A stretch of DNA of 64,000 nucleotides from positions 1,267,111 through 1,331,110 of the forward strand of contig MU058824.1 in the NCBI GenBank assembly GCA_013265495.1, read 5' to 3'. The stretch is from Vicugna vicugna (taxonomy: Eukaryota). This document shows positions 49,151-62,460 of the stretch, one piece after another (position 1 is the stretch's first letter; each line of letters starts with the position of its first letter). The notes below the pieces were generated by a model. It ran no database searches. It was not told where the DNA came from and saw nothing but the letters and a program-made list of their open reading frames with translations. A program made the translations under genes and the position numbers.

Positions 49151-52100
49151 GCCTATGATGTGCTGCTGAGGTGAGGGTGGCAGCCTAAGACCTGAGCAGA
49201 GGACAGCAGTGGGGGATCACGGAGTAGGAGACGGAGCAGGCAGTGAGCAGCAGAGAAGTCTGCTGCAGGGATGGAGGCCCGGGCACAGACCCCAGCAGGA
49301 CCCCAGCTGAGATGGAGCTTCCCTCTGATCACAGCACAGTCAGGGCAAACGAGCTAATTCCCAGACAGGCCGATGGGAGGCTGAGTCCCCTTAGTGACTA
49401 GATCCCCCTGACTGACAACAGGAGGGCCCTAGAGCTTGGGGTAGGGGGCAGCCAAGTGGCCCCAGCTGGGGGACGGAGGCCGGCAGTCTGTGGGATGCAG
49501 AGAGGCTTGGGAGGTCCAGCCCAGGGTACCTGGGCATGTCGGTGAGGGACCTGCAGCCACGAGGAAGCTTGTGGCCTCCAAGGGAGCTGCTCCCAGAGAA
49601 AGTCTGTCCCAAGCAGGAGGAACACACACCCAGAGGGGTGGTGACAGCTACTTTCCTTGCCTCCCCGGCTCCCCCTTGCCCTGCCCTGTGCTCAAGGGGC
49701 CTGAAGGCTCCAGAGGAGTCCACTCCAGCCACACTGGAAAGCTGGGCCTCAGGACTGACTTCTAAATGCCTCCCAATGAGTCACCCCATCCTGCCAAGAA
49801 ACCCCTCCAGGGTAAGTTTCCCAGGAAGCTCCAATTCCTCACTACTCTGTTATTATCTGTTTATTTGCCAGTGTCTCCCCCAGGCCTGTGAGCCCTTTGC
49901 GGGGCAGGCATCATCTGTTTCTTGTTTATATCTCCCAACTTCATCCCCACCCCTCTAGTACAGGGCTTGCCTGGGTTAGGCAAAAATTGAGCATTGAAGG
50001 AGGAATGAACAAATAATACACATAGGAGTGAATGAATGAGCTTAATGGATCCTGGAGAACGTGACTGTATGCCTGTCTGGCCCATCATCTTTACTGTCAT
50101 CAGTACATACAGTCAGTACAGTCTCTGTCATCAATCACAAAGAACGCCAATGAATGCCAGCTGTTGTCACGGCCATCCCACCAGCACCACTGAGCTCAGT
50201 GCTCGCTCAGTAGCCTCGCTCGCATCTGATCCCACTGTTGAAGTATAATATAGTATTAATAGCCACAGAGAGGCCTGATGGTAAGTTCTCTGAGGGCTGC
50301 CATGTTCCATCCTTTTGGCTGACCCTTAAGCAGGAGGACTCTGAATGACCAGCCTTCTGAGAAGTGCCTGCCCTTGGCTCTCACCCACCGAGATGAGAGT
50401 CCGGCTCTAAGACACACTGGCCTCTTAGACTTCAGACTGGATTCCAGCTGCTCCACCCACCCCCTCCCCAAAAGAAGGGTCTGGGAGGGGACTGTGAACA
50501 ATGGATGCTTCTTACACTCTGTTAGGTTCTTGAGGTTTGGCCTTGGGGAGGATGCTCAGTCTATCTGGGAATTAGGGCACAAGCTGGGGCCACTGGGCAA
50601 GATGGGATGGGACAGGCCAGCCCTGGAGATCCTTGGAACAGAAGGGTAAGATTCCTGCTCCTCACTGCATCCCCCACCCCTACCTCCAGCCCCACGAAGT
50701 AAAGCATTGTGGTGGGAGGGGCATCAATGGTGGGAGAAGCTTGGAAGTAATCCTGGAGCTTTCTAAGTCTCTAAATGAGGTATGTCCTTGGGTATTTTTT
50801 GAATTCTTTGTCATAGTTGACACCACATGAGCCATTAAGTGTCTTAAAGAATTGCTAACCACATGCATTGATTCAGTCATAATTTACATTGTGCCAGCAC
50901 CAAGAGAATGAGGCCACAGGGGAAGATGGGTCCCGGAAGAGGAGGCAGGAGTGGACCTCCCTGTCTTTCACTCTATCCTGGTCCCAGTCGAGGGTTCTGG
51001 CATTGTCCACGACCAGCATTGGGCCTGGGCTAGACTCTGGGAGATCAAGAGGACTCAGATTCTGGTCCCTGAGTAGCTCTCAGCCTAGTAGAGGGGGCAA
51101 GACACCAATACAAAGAGCCCTGGTACAGATGCCTGGACTGAAGAATGGGGCAATAGAGGTGGGCCTGGAAGGCTTCTTTGCATAGGTGAACGTGGTGGAA
51201 TGAGCCCAGCATAAGCAAACCCATGGAGTTAGGAAAATGAGGGGTATGTGAGTGGTCCTGGGGGATGGGAGCAATGAGACTCTTAGGTAACCCCTAATAT
51301 TAGAGCAGAAAGGAGAAATTATGAATCCAGATAAATACAGATGTAGACGGGTGAAGCCAGCATCAGCTCATGTAATCTCAGGAAAATTTGATAAGGTGGG
51401 GACTATTGCCCTCCCATCTTGCAGATGAAAAGACTGAGGTGGAATGCAATCAAGGCCACAGAGCTGGTAACTGGGGTCATTGAGACTCACACATGAGTCA
51501 TCTGAGGTCCTTTCCAGCTCTTTCCACTCTTAGTCACTTTTTCATTTGGGAGACGGGAGCCAGATTAGGGAGGGCCTTGAATGTCAAGCCAAGGAGACTA
51601 AAATTTATGCAACAGGCAATGGGTGCCTTGAAAGGTTTCTGAGGAAGTCTGCCACTGACCATTTTAGGAGGCATCACTGCTTCACCTCGAGCTACTGCCC
51701 CGGCAGTCAGGCCCCTTCCTTTCTCTTGCCAAGGAGAGGGTGGAATTGGGCGATTTGGAATGTGGAGCGAAGGCGGGAGTTTGGCAACAGCAGGAGACAT
51801 ACTTTCCTGCAGCCTCTCAGCGCTTGGCATGTTATGCCCTGGGCAAAATCAAGCTGCCCTGGGGACGGCCCGGGGCGTCCTAACAGATGCGCTTGTGTGA
51901 ACTCAGTGGGGCAGAGAAGCAGCCGGCAGAATGAGCTCATGGCTTCAGCAGGCACTGTGAAATCTTGCCTCCACTGACAGGGCTGCTGGAGGCCTAGAGA
52001 GTTGGGGTCACCTTCAGAGCTGGGAAGGACCTCCATCCAGCGTCCCCAAGATGAGAAAACTGAGGCCCAGACTGATGATGTCAACTATCCAGGCCACTCT

Positions 52101-55100
52101 CCCCCATCACCATAAAGAAGGTGAGGATGGGAAGGTGCTTGGTACACAGTAGGTACCTACTATGGGAATGGATGTATTCACGTCTGTAGTAGGGGCCTCT
52201 GGCCCACACATGACGACTCTAGGGGAGTCTAGTTTCCATCTAGTAGGGGAAACAACACACAAAACTTACCCTATAGCTGTTACCAAACACACTGCTTCTT
52301 TATACAGATCTTCCTGCTCAGCTGTGCAGAGACCTGCTCTCTGCAGGATGTTGGAGCCCCATTTGGCTCTGAAATGGGATGTGAGTTTAAGGGAACAGCC
52401 AGAACAGATGGTGACCCTGAAGTCATATTTTGAAACAGGCTGACTCTTGTTTAATCTAGATGAAAGTACAGCTTGATGGCCTCCAAATGTTTGCTGGAGG
52501 AAGAGCCTGTGCACCTCCAGAGTAATGAGAGCGAGAATCAGGCCTTCCAAGACGGGTACCCAGGAGATGACCCTAACTGGAGACCCAAAACTGACGGTGA
52601 CCTCCAGGGGACCCAAGGAGGATGAGCTTGGAGCCCTGCCCAGCTGATGCAGGGGAAGGACATGGAATTCTGTGCCAGGGAGACCTGCACACCGGACCTC
52701 ATCCATCACTTACTAGCCAGTGACCTTGGTTCCTTAACTGCTAGTTTACGTTTCTTTCTCTGACACAGAGATGACAATACCCAGCTCTCAGCGTGGTGGC
52801 ACAGGGTAACGTCAGGTGTTGAGCACATCTTGTTCATTTGCTCACTCATTCATTCACAAATAATCTCAAGCACCAGCCACCACGTGCCTGGCACTGCTAG
52901 TGTGTGAGGTTCATGGGCGAACAGGACAGATGTGTTCCCTGCCCTCCCAGCGTGTAGGCTCCAGCACTGAGCTCCTGGCTGGGCAGAAGAATCGCTGGAG
53001 GGCTTTAGAAGACTGATGCCTGGCTCCACCCTAGTCAGGATCTCTGGGGATGAGGTATGTTTTGAAGGCTCCCCAGAGATGCTGTTGTACTCAGGGTGAG
53101 GTTCACTGTTTTGGGGAGAGCTCTTATCCACCAAAGGCTGGTCGTCTCAGGCTCTACACTGAGCGCCTCACACAGCCCAGGAAGTAGGACAACATGTCTA
53201 CACACAGCAGCACTTGGGAATTTGAGGGTGGTGTGATACCACCCACCTGGACAACAGAAGGCCCAGTTCCAGATGCGGTTCTCCTCTATTTTAGCTGCAT
53301 GACTCTCATCATGTCCCTTGTTCTATCTCAGCCTCCATCTTCCCATCTGTAATTTAGGAGATTCAGAATAGATGATCCCCAAAGTCCAACATTTTCAGGG
53401 TCCTTGAGGTTCCCAATGGGTTTTGATGGGAGCGAGGTGTTTGGGAAACCTGAGAGCCCAGTCAGAAGGGAGCTTAGGAGCCCCAGCTAGCCAAGAGGCA
53501 TGAATGGTCAACTGTGCCTTCTCCCACAAGGAGCCACTATGCAGCACAGACCACACTGGTAGGAGGCTGCCTCCAAAGGGTGATTTTTAGAAGAAACCTT
53601 GAACTTGAGTGGGACTGGCCAGTCTCCCACATGGTTATGTATGAACAGCATTTTTCACATTCCACCCAACCTTCCCATGCTCATGCACCCTACACATTTA
53701 TTCCTGGAAAGGTAAATGCAAATCGAGAGAGGGACACTTCTTACAGCCATGAGCACACACACACACACACACAGATCTATTCATTCAGCTAGCATTTATT
53801 GAGCACCTGCTGTATGGCAGCACTGTTCCAGGCACCAGGGATCCAGCAGTGACAGAGAGACAAATTCCTTCCTTCCCTCATGGAGTTGACAGTTCTAGCA
53901 AAAGGGCTGGGGAGACCAGTGACCTCCAACTTGTCAATTGCAAAAACACATCAATAGCCTCTTCTACACACAAATGTGTCAGGTAACTATTGATGGAGGA
54001 AATGTTTACACAAGAATGGATTCTGGCACCTGCTACAATAATTTCAAGTCTCCCCTCAACAGTTGAGGACCTCAAATTTGTACATAACATCATCTCTACT
54101 AAACCATCCTACCCTCAGAGAGAGGGGACCCTATACTTGAGGGCCTGAGTCTAGACAAATAGCCCCCCAGAATGTGGAAATTTAATTAAAGCCTCCTGCT
54201 TTATCTTTAAAAGCACTTAAGTTTTGCAGTCTACTCTATACTAGTTGTGAGCTGTTTAATATAAAAATATTCTAATTTCCCAGTTGTTACTAGACTCCCC
54301 TAGTTACCAAATGCTGAGCAAAATGGATGAAGGAACTAAATAATGTGGCTTTGCATGCCGCTGTCACACAGCCAAGGACCCCGAGAACACCCAGCTGGAG
54401 AAGCAGGTCTCTAAATGAATGGCCAGAATGGGAGAGGATAATGCATCACCCATCTTCCACCATCTCTAAAGGAATTGCTCCCCATGTAAAAACATCTAAA
54501 AACTTACCACCCGGGTTACTCCCCCTAAGACCTCTCTGTCCCCTGGCAAGAAAATTCTGCATTGTGCTTGTGGGTGCAAGTTCTGAATACAGAGATCCAG
54601 AGAGGAGACAAAAATCAGAAGAGATAATATCAGATCTGAATAAGCCTCAGAACGGGTCCAACTCCTTCATTTCAGAGACAGGAAGAAGCTTTTCAAAGGC
54701 AAGACTAACTCGAGTCTAATGGCAAGGGTAACTCTTGGAATCCTTTCCCCATGTGATCTCCCTGACCTCTCAGCCAGACAGCTATGATGGCCTGGGAGGC
54801 TCTGGGTGGCCGAGGTAGGACCAGAGACTCTGCGTCGGCCCAGGGCTCTGACTGCAGCCTTTCTTCCATACCATTTTATGGCAAGTCTGTTACCTACACT
54901 TTTCTTGGGCAACACTAAGTTAGAGACCCTGTGCCCCTGCCTGAAGCCATTAACTCTCAGGTAAGTAGAGGCAAGAGCAGAGCAGAAAGGAGCACCCAGA
55001 GGCCCTCAGCCCATGGACCCTGGACTATGAGCACTGGGCAAGACCCAAGGGACACTGGAAGCCAAGGCGCTCACCCAGGACCAGACTCGGGACAGCAGCT

Positions 55101-57997
55101 ACAGAGGTTCTGTTTTCATGCTTGGAGACCCCCACCCTCCAGTCCAGCCTCTTCCCCAGCCTCCCTTCCCTCACCATGCTCAGAGCAGCGTTAACTGCTT
55201 GGGACACACACGGGCAGCTGCTTCCATCCTCTCCTCATCCTGTTGCTTCTCTCTGGAACATTCCACTTCTCCTTTAACCCACCACCCTCACCCACTTTCC
55301 TGGCTAAATCTAGTCACCCCTCAGATCTCATCTGAAATGTCACTCCTTGGGGAGACTTTCCCGACACTGCAGTACAGATTAGAGTGGCCAGATGTATGTT
55401 TCATAGCTCCCTGTACTTCTTCATAACACTTTTTATGGTTCATAGATATTTATAGAGTTTTTGGTACAAACTTTTACTAGTGTCTTTGTCCCCCTGCAGA
55501 GTCTAGGCTCCATGAGGGTGGGAATCATGCCCAGAATGTACCACACTGCCTTGCAAACAGTAAGCAGTTAATAAATATTTATTAAATAAAAGGAAATGAA
55601 CAAATGAATGAATGGAAATCCTAGCAGGCTATGACAGGCAGGATGGACATTTCTACCAAGAAACTTTGGCATTAATTCTATCCAACCCACCCACCCATCC
55701 CTGCAAAGTCCTTGCTTAGCTCTATTTCACATTTCCCGGATAATAGGAATTATCGGATTTTGGCTGTTTACCTCCTTCCAGTGGAAGGTCAATGATTCTG
55801 AACTCTAAAGATGAATGGCATTGTCCCAGCACTCCCTGTCCTTGGAGAGATGGACATGTACGTGAATTCTGATGGAACAAACCAGGGTCAAGCAATGCTG
55901 AGAGAGGCCACAAGAGGGTTTAGGGACCACGTCAGTTAGCACTCAGTTTGAACCTCATCACCATGACTATTCCCCTTCATTGAGGGCTCATGGTGTGCCA
56001 GGTACTGTGCCAAGAGCTTTGGGGACATGACTCCATGTACTCACTGCAAGAACTCTGAGACAGGTACTATTATTTTTACTCTACAGATGAGAAAACTGAG
56101 GCTGGAAGAGGACTAGTAAATTGTCCAAGGTCACCAGCTAGTACATGCAAAGCCTAGAGTCAAACCAATCCACCTAACCCCATAACCCCAGCACCTGACC
56201 ACCAGGCTACAAGCCCCATGTTGCCCAGGGGCCTGGGTGAGCTGCAGATTCTGATGCAGCAGGTCTGAGCTGGACCTGGGACCCTGCCTTTCTAACAAGC
56301 TCCCTGGTGGTGCCGAGGCTGCTGACACAGGGACCAGACTTCGATCACTAACTCTAGAAAAGAGAAAAGGAGAAAGAGGATTTCAACAGGGTGGGGAGAG
56401 TATTCTGGAATGCGGGGCAGCACTAGCAAAGGTGGGAAAAGGGAACATACTCAGTAAATTCAGAGACCAGTTCAGGGTAGCTGAAGCCAGGGCACCAGGA
56501 AGGATGGGAAGGGAGAATACGCCTGGAGCTCCAGCCTGAGGACAGTGGAATTTAAGGTGTTACAAAAAGTAGGGAAGGGTTCTAAGAAGGATGACTGCAG
56601 TGAAGATGCGCTAGAGGATGGAGAGACGAGAGGTCTGGGAGCCGCTGTGATGGTCCATTAGTGAGCGTGACAGGCCTGAACCCAGTGGAGCACAGGGATG
56701 GAAGGAAGAGATTGCAGGGGCAGAATCAGTTTCTTTGAAACAAAGCTACAGCACTCTTTCCAGGTGCTAAAAGTTTCTCAGCCATCCCACGCACTACAGC
56801 GACAGAGCAGAGATTACAAATCTGCAGGCAAACATAAACTTAGGTGCACTCAGTTCCAAAAAGTCTCAGATAAAACCACACTTAGAAATGGGACCCACCA
56901 AACAGTTCTTCCAACTGGCCAGAGTCTCCGTAGTGACCCAGCCTTTTCCTCTCTTTGTAGATTAAGTATCTGAGTCCAACAACGGAAGTCACTTGGTCAA
57001 GCTTCCCACAGAGGGCCCAGGCCCCAGGAATCCTACCACTAGGTCAGTGCCATGCACCTTACAGTGCTTCCTCCAGCAGAGAAAATGAAGATATTCAGCT
57101 GTAACTTGATATCAGCCCACGCCTGCAAATATTAAACAAGCAAAACCAACCTATTTCTTAAACTGGAAGTTCATATTTGAAAAAGGGATTGGGGGAGACC
57201 CTGAAATGGAGCCATCTACCCTAGACAGTTAAACCTGAAACAAAATTAGAAAATGTGTCACATGGAAAAACTCTGCAGTCAGAAATGGTTTCTTTTTTCC
57301 CTCCCATTTTCTTTCTGTGGGAGAGTGAGTAATTTGGCATTTTAACTAGACAGGGAAAGAGAGCAGCTGTGGGCTCCGTTTTGTACAAACACACACAGCC
57401 ATAGGGCACAGTCCTGTATCCTGACCCGTGGACCAGGATGTCAGTGAGGGATGGGAATGGGGCTGAGTGCTGCTGGGTTGAATCACCTCCCCCAACTGCC
57501 ACCAAGTTTGGGCGAAGTGAACTCAGATATCCTAGAATGTTCATGCTAATCACGCTTTTTAGGGTTCACTTTGCCCAACTCATTCATTTCTTGGATAAGG
57601 AAACTGAGGCCCAAAGACAGACAGCGATTTGTCCAAGGCAAAAAAAAGGGCAGGGGAACATGAAAGCTGAGCCCCCGTCCAGGTTTCCCCCGTGCCTTCC
57701 TGTTGCCACACTTGTCTCTAGTGTACTGGGGCCCCTCCGTGGCTGGTGATGACCTGGATGAAGCAGGTTTCCACTGGGTTATTCGTTCAACAGGCATTGC
57801 CTGAGTTCCTGCCAGAGCCAAGCATGGTGCTAGGTACTGGGGGAGAAAAACCTCGGTGTGGACTCTCAGGGTGTCCCCACAACATCCCAACCACTTTGGG
57901 GGCTGTGTGGTTTGAGATCGGGCTGTGAGAACGGGTATTCTGGGAGATGAGGCACACTGGTAGGACTTCAGAGGGTCTCAAATGCCATGCTAAGGAG

Positions 57998-58508
57998 TGT
58001 TAAAATTATTTTCTATGGCTGCCATAACCAATTACCACCAATGAAGTAACTTAAATCAACACAAATGTACTGCCTCACTGTTCTGTAGGTCAGAAGTCCA
58101 GCACAGATCTTACTTGGATAAAAATTAAGCAGATAGTGCTCCTTTTTCTGGAAGCTTCAAGGACAAATCCATTTTCTTGCTTTCTCCAGGGTCTAGAGAC
58201 TGCTTGTATTCCCTGGCTTTGGGCCCCTTCTCCATCAGCCACAGCAGCAAAGACAACTGGTCAAGTCCTCCTCACGTTGCCTCCCTCTGACCTCCTCTCC
58301 TGCCTCCCTCTTCCACTTTTAAGGACCCTTGTGACTACACTGGGTCCATCTGGGTAATCCAGGCTCTCCTCCTTTTAAGGTTAGATGACTATTAAAATCA
58401 GTTCCTTCTGCAACTCTAATTCCCCTTTGTCCTGTAATCTAACATATTCACAGGTTCTGGGGATTAGGGTGTGGACACAGTTGGAGGGCCAGTACTCTGC
58501 CCACCACA
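57998..58508 (-). mobile_element. MLT1-type MaLR solo LTR
   Basis: ttttctatggctgccataaccaattaccacc...gttctgtaggtcagaagtcc...cacaggttctggggattagggtgtggaca...ctgcccaccaca is the reverse complement of an MLT1 LTR. Confidence 0.8.
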
Positions 58509-59082
58509 GGTGGTTGGCATGGGAAGATGCAGAGGGTTTTAAGGCAGGGAGTAGCATATCAGAGCTGGTTTCACAGTGCAGCTCAAACTTTAATGTGTGT
58601 GTAAATCACCAGAGATCTTATTAGAAAATAGATTCAGAAAAATTGCATCTGTGAGTGGGACTGGAAATTGTGCTGCTCTGCTAAGTTCCCAGGAGATGCT
58701 GTCATTGCTGGTTGGTGGTCCACACTGGAGAAGACTCCAGAGGCTGCATGGGGGGGGGGGGGGGGGTGGAGAGAACAGAGGCCACGTGCCGCATGCTGAA
58801 AATAAAGACAGAATAAGCCAGGCACTGAGACTGTACAGCCAGAAGGGGAGAAGCAGCTGGCTGACCCAACTTCAGGTGGTTTTGTATGTGACTCTGTTGA
58901 AACTGCCTGGATTTAGGATAAGTTTGTCATCAGCTTTTAGACTCTCTGTTCTACAGGATGCAATGGTTAGAACTTTCTGGCACTAGAAAAGCACACCTTC
59001 ACTTTTCTTTCATGAAATGTATTCCATTCCTGACGTATCTGTTATACCCAGCCCCTGCTCCTACCCCACTTTGACCCTTCTA

Positions 59083-59248
59083 CCACCACCATCATCACCA
59101 TCACCACCATCATCACCATCACCATTGCCAGCACCAGCACCGCCACCACCATCATCGTCACCATCATCGTCACCACCACCACCATCACCACCACCATCAC
59201 CACCAACACCAACACCACCATCATCACTACCATCACCACCATCATCAC
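59083..59248. repeat. Compound (CAC/CAT)n trinucleotide repeat
   Basis: accaccaccatcatcaccatcaccaccatcatc... about 165 bp with an in-register 3-nt period. Confidence 0.95.
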
Positions 59249-60229
59249 AGTGGATGGCTGCGGGGGGTCTCCCAGCAGAGCTGGAGACTCACATAGACTC
59301 TGCTATGGTCCAGGGTTCCTACTGCCAGGTTTTCACTAAGATTGCCACAGTCCCAGGCTTTGAATGATTCATTCATTAACGTATTCAAATGCTCATTGTG
59401 TCTGTTCCTTGCCGCGACAGACGCTGAGAAAACATGGATAAATAACATAGGGTTCCTGCCCTCTAGGGACTCGCAGAGATGCGGGAGCAGAAAGGAAAGA
59501 GATACTGAACTGGGTATTACCAATTACGGGTCCCATGCTTCTTTCGTTACTCTTCACAGTAGGAATTATTGTCCCGATCTACAGATAAGGAAAATTAAGA
59601 TAAGAAAGGTCCCTGGCCCCAGGTCACTCAACAGGAAGTAGCAGAATTGAGGTCTGAACCCAGGACATGGGATCCCAGAGCTCCCTCTGGGGTCCAGTGG
59701 CAGCTCCGCCACTCACCTGTGCCACAACCACAGACAGGACCTGTCCTTTCTGGGACTCAGGATCGCCACCTCTGAGAGGAAGCCGCTGGACCGTATGGCT
59801 TGTTCTCAACCCTGGCTGGACTTTAGATTTGCACAGGGAGCTTTCAAAATCTGCCAAAGACTGGACCCCAGATAAATTAAGATGTCCTGGACGTGGGGAG
59901 GACTGGCCATCAGGTTCCTTTTGAATCCCCACAGTGATTCTAAGGTGCAGCCAGGATTGAGAACCAACAAGTTCCTTGAGACCTGAGCTCTGGCATCATA
60001 ACTTCCTGCAAAACCCTCTTCTCCCCTAGCCCAATCACAAGGCACGTGCCAAATGGATGAATGAATAGTTGGGAGGAGAAAGGAATCCCTGACTCCATTC
60101 AACTAAGGACAATTTGGAGCAGTAATGCTGGCACTGTCCATTTAGCTGCTGTCATTTTTTCCTTTTGGTTAGGCAAAGGTGGGGTGACCTAGATATTCTC
60201 AGAGACTATGCCTTTCCAAAGAATGCAAT

Positions 60230-60740
60230 GAAAGTCTTAAAAAAATGTGGAGGCACTAGATCCAATAGATTTTTTTTTTTAGGAATTTGTGCTTGGAGAT
60301 AATCACAGAAATGGTCAAACATAGAATAGGGTCATCACAATAGTGTTTATGCTAGTGAACAACTGGAAACAACCTAAAGGCCTAAAAGAGGCCGAGTTTA
60401 ATTATGGGACATCCACAGAATGAAATACTATTTCAATTACAAAGGATTTAGGGAAGAACATTTAACATTCTAGAGGAAGTGTCTAGATGATCGTTAAGGG
60501 AAAAAACACCAAGCAATAAAATACAGTGTACAGAATGATCTATTCACATTATAACATGTGTGTACATTTAGGCATGGAAAATAAATTTGAAAGATGGTCC
60601 ACCAAATGTTCGCAGGGTTTATCTCTGAGTCATGAGATAATGTGTGACGTTTTTAAATGTCTTTTTTTTCTGACCTAAATTTTGACAATGACTATTATTT
60701 TTATTATCAAAATCTTTCAATGTAATTGAAAAAAATAAAC
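60230..60740 (+). mobile_element. Old L1M 3' remnant
   Basis: aactggaaacaacctaaagg...attatgggacatccacagaatgaaatacta...; A-rich end. Confidence 0.6.
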
Positions 60741-61361
60741 CTCCTCTTTCAGAGCTTGCTTACCTCCCTCTGCCTCCCCCAGCTTCTGGTGGAAGTGGAC
60801 ATCCCTACTTCAGTGATGTAGAGGCTTGCTTGCACCTGCATTAGGACACTCAGGACAAGCTCCATAGCATTCAAGCCAGCTGCTGCACACTGGTCTCTAC
60901 TACTGGATTGTGAGTCCCTCCAGGATGGGCACTGGGTCCCATGTGGCTCTTTAGTCACCCTACCACCCACCCCAGAGGGCCTCAGAGAGAGCAAGCCGCC
61001 AGGAAACAGGGGAGGAAGACAGAAATCTGTAATTGTAGCCAGAACACAGAACAGGGCAGGCAGATTTAAGGACCTCAGCAGACGTTTCCCTTGGGAGGAG
61101 GCCAGGTGCAAAGCCCCCTGGTGGTGGAGGGGGCTTTTAAGCTGGGCCCCATTTGAACTCCTCAGTGATCGGAGGGCTGCTCCCTGCAAGCCAGACTACA
61201 GCCAAGCTCCCCAAACCCAAAAAAGGAGCTCCCGCAACACCAGAAGTCAGGGGTCCTGCTCATGCAAGAGAGATATCACGGCCCTCAGAACAGTTTTCTA
61301 CCCTGCCCAGTCCTTTAAGTCATCCACGGCAGGGAACAAGTGTGAAATGGACTGGATAAAG

Positions 61362-61435
61362 CTGGGTTAAATTGGATTGGATTGGATTAGGTTGGGTTGG
61401 GTTACATTCAGTTGGGCTCGGTTGAGTTGACTTGA
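61362..61435. repeat. Degenerate pentanucleotide repeat (GGATT/GGGTT)n
   Basis: attggattggattggattaggttgggttgggtt...gttgagttgacttgac. Confidence 0.8.
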
Positions 61436-61899
61436 CTCTGCTAGGGGATAAGGGGTAGGCTGCACTTAGTAGGGAACCTAGGCCTCACGTGTTGCCTCAT
61501 TAGATCTTGCCCAGGAAGAGGTCTGGGCCTTCCCCAGGTTCTGCTCTAATCCGAGACTTTTTTCTCTTGAGGTGGGGAGAAGCAGAGGAAGCTGGTCAGT
61601 CAGTTAGCAAACCTGGCCCCTCCCAACACCTCTGACCCGTCTCCACTTCACAAGTCTCTGTGTCGACAGCAATGGCTCAGGTCCCACAATCTGCTGCTCT
61701 GGCTTTGAAGCCTTAGTTGCTCATCTGTTTTCCTTACTGCATATTAATGTCTTAAATGAATCTTTACTGTAAGATGGCCTCCCTTTTTGTAACCCTCACC
61801 TGCCCACCACTACAACACTCCCAGCATCCAGTCATATCATGAGATGTGATTAAATCTCATGTGATTATCATTATGTGTAAATCAATCTATGCTAAAGAA

Positions 61900-62460
61900 T
61901 TTATGGCTTAATGAAAGAGGCAGGGGTAACTTTCAAGCCTTACCAGATTTTAAAACATATTAAAAAGCAACAATTATCAAGACCATATGGAATTTTTTAA
62001 AACAACACATATGCATAAGAAAGTGACCAACAGAATAGAGATTCCAGGAAAAAAATTTCTATCATTAAAAGAAAAATTTTATATGATAGACAGAAGCAAC
62101 ACAATGATGGAGCAATATTTCACATTTTAATTAGTATTTCAGGACCTCCTGGGTACCACTTTGGAAAAGAACTGATTTGAGAATACACTCTACATAATCT
62201 ATGTAACCGACCTAATCTATGGTCCATTTTAAATGGATCACACTGTAGACATTCAAAGAAAACTCGAAAATAAGCTCATATATTTAGCTAACACAGAAAA
62301 GACAAATGTACAACTTCTGACAAAATGAAGGCTTTCAGGAATAAGATGTGTGGGCATAAGCTAGAAAATAAATTGTTTATACAATTAGATGAAATGAAAA
62401 AAAAAAGATAAAGAGCAGAGTAACATCAGTGTAAATTCTAGCCTAACTAGTTATTAAAGT
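61900..62460 (+). mobile_element. Old L1M ORF2 remnant
   Basis: ccttaccagattttaaaacatattaaaaagcaacaattatcaagaccatatgg...gaccaacagaatagag. Confidence 0.55.

Noticed and set aside
58750..58766. G17 homopolymer as a functional element
   Set aside because: Isolated mononucleotide run beside a MER5-like remnant; length is unreliable and there is no supporting context.
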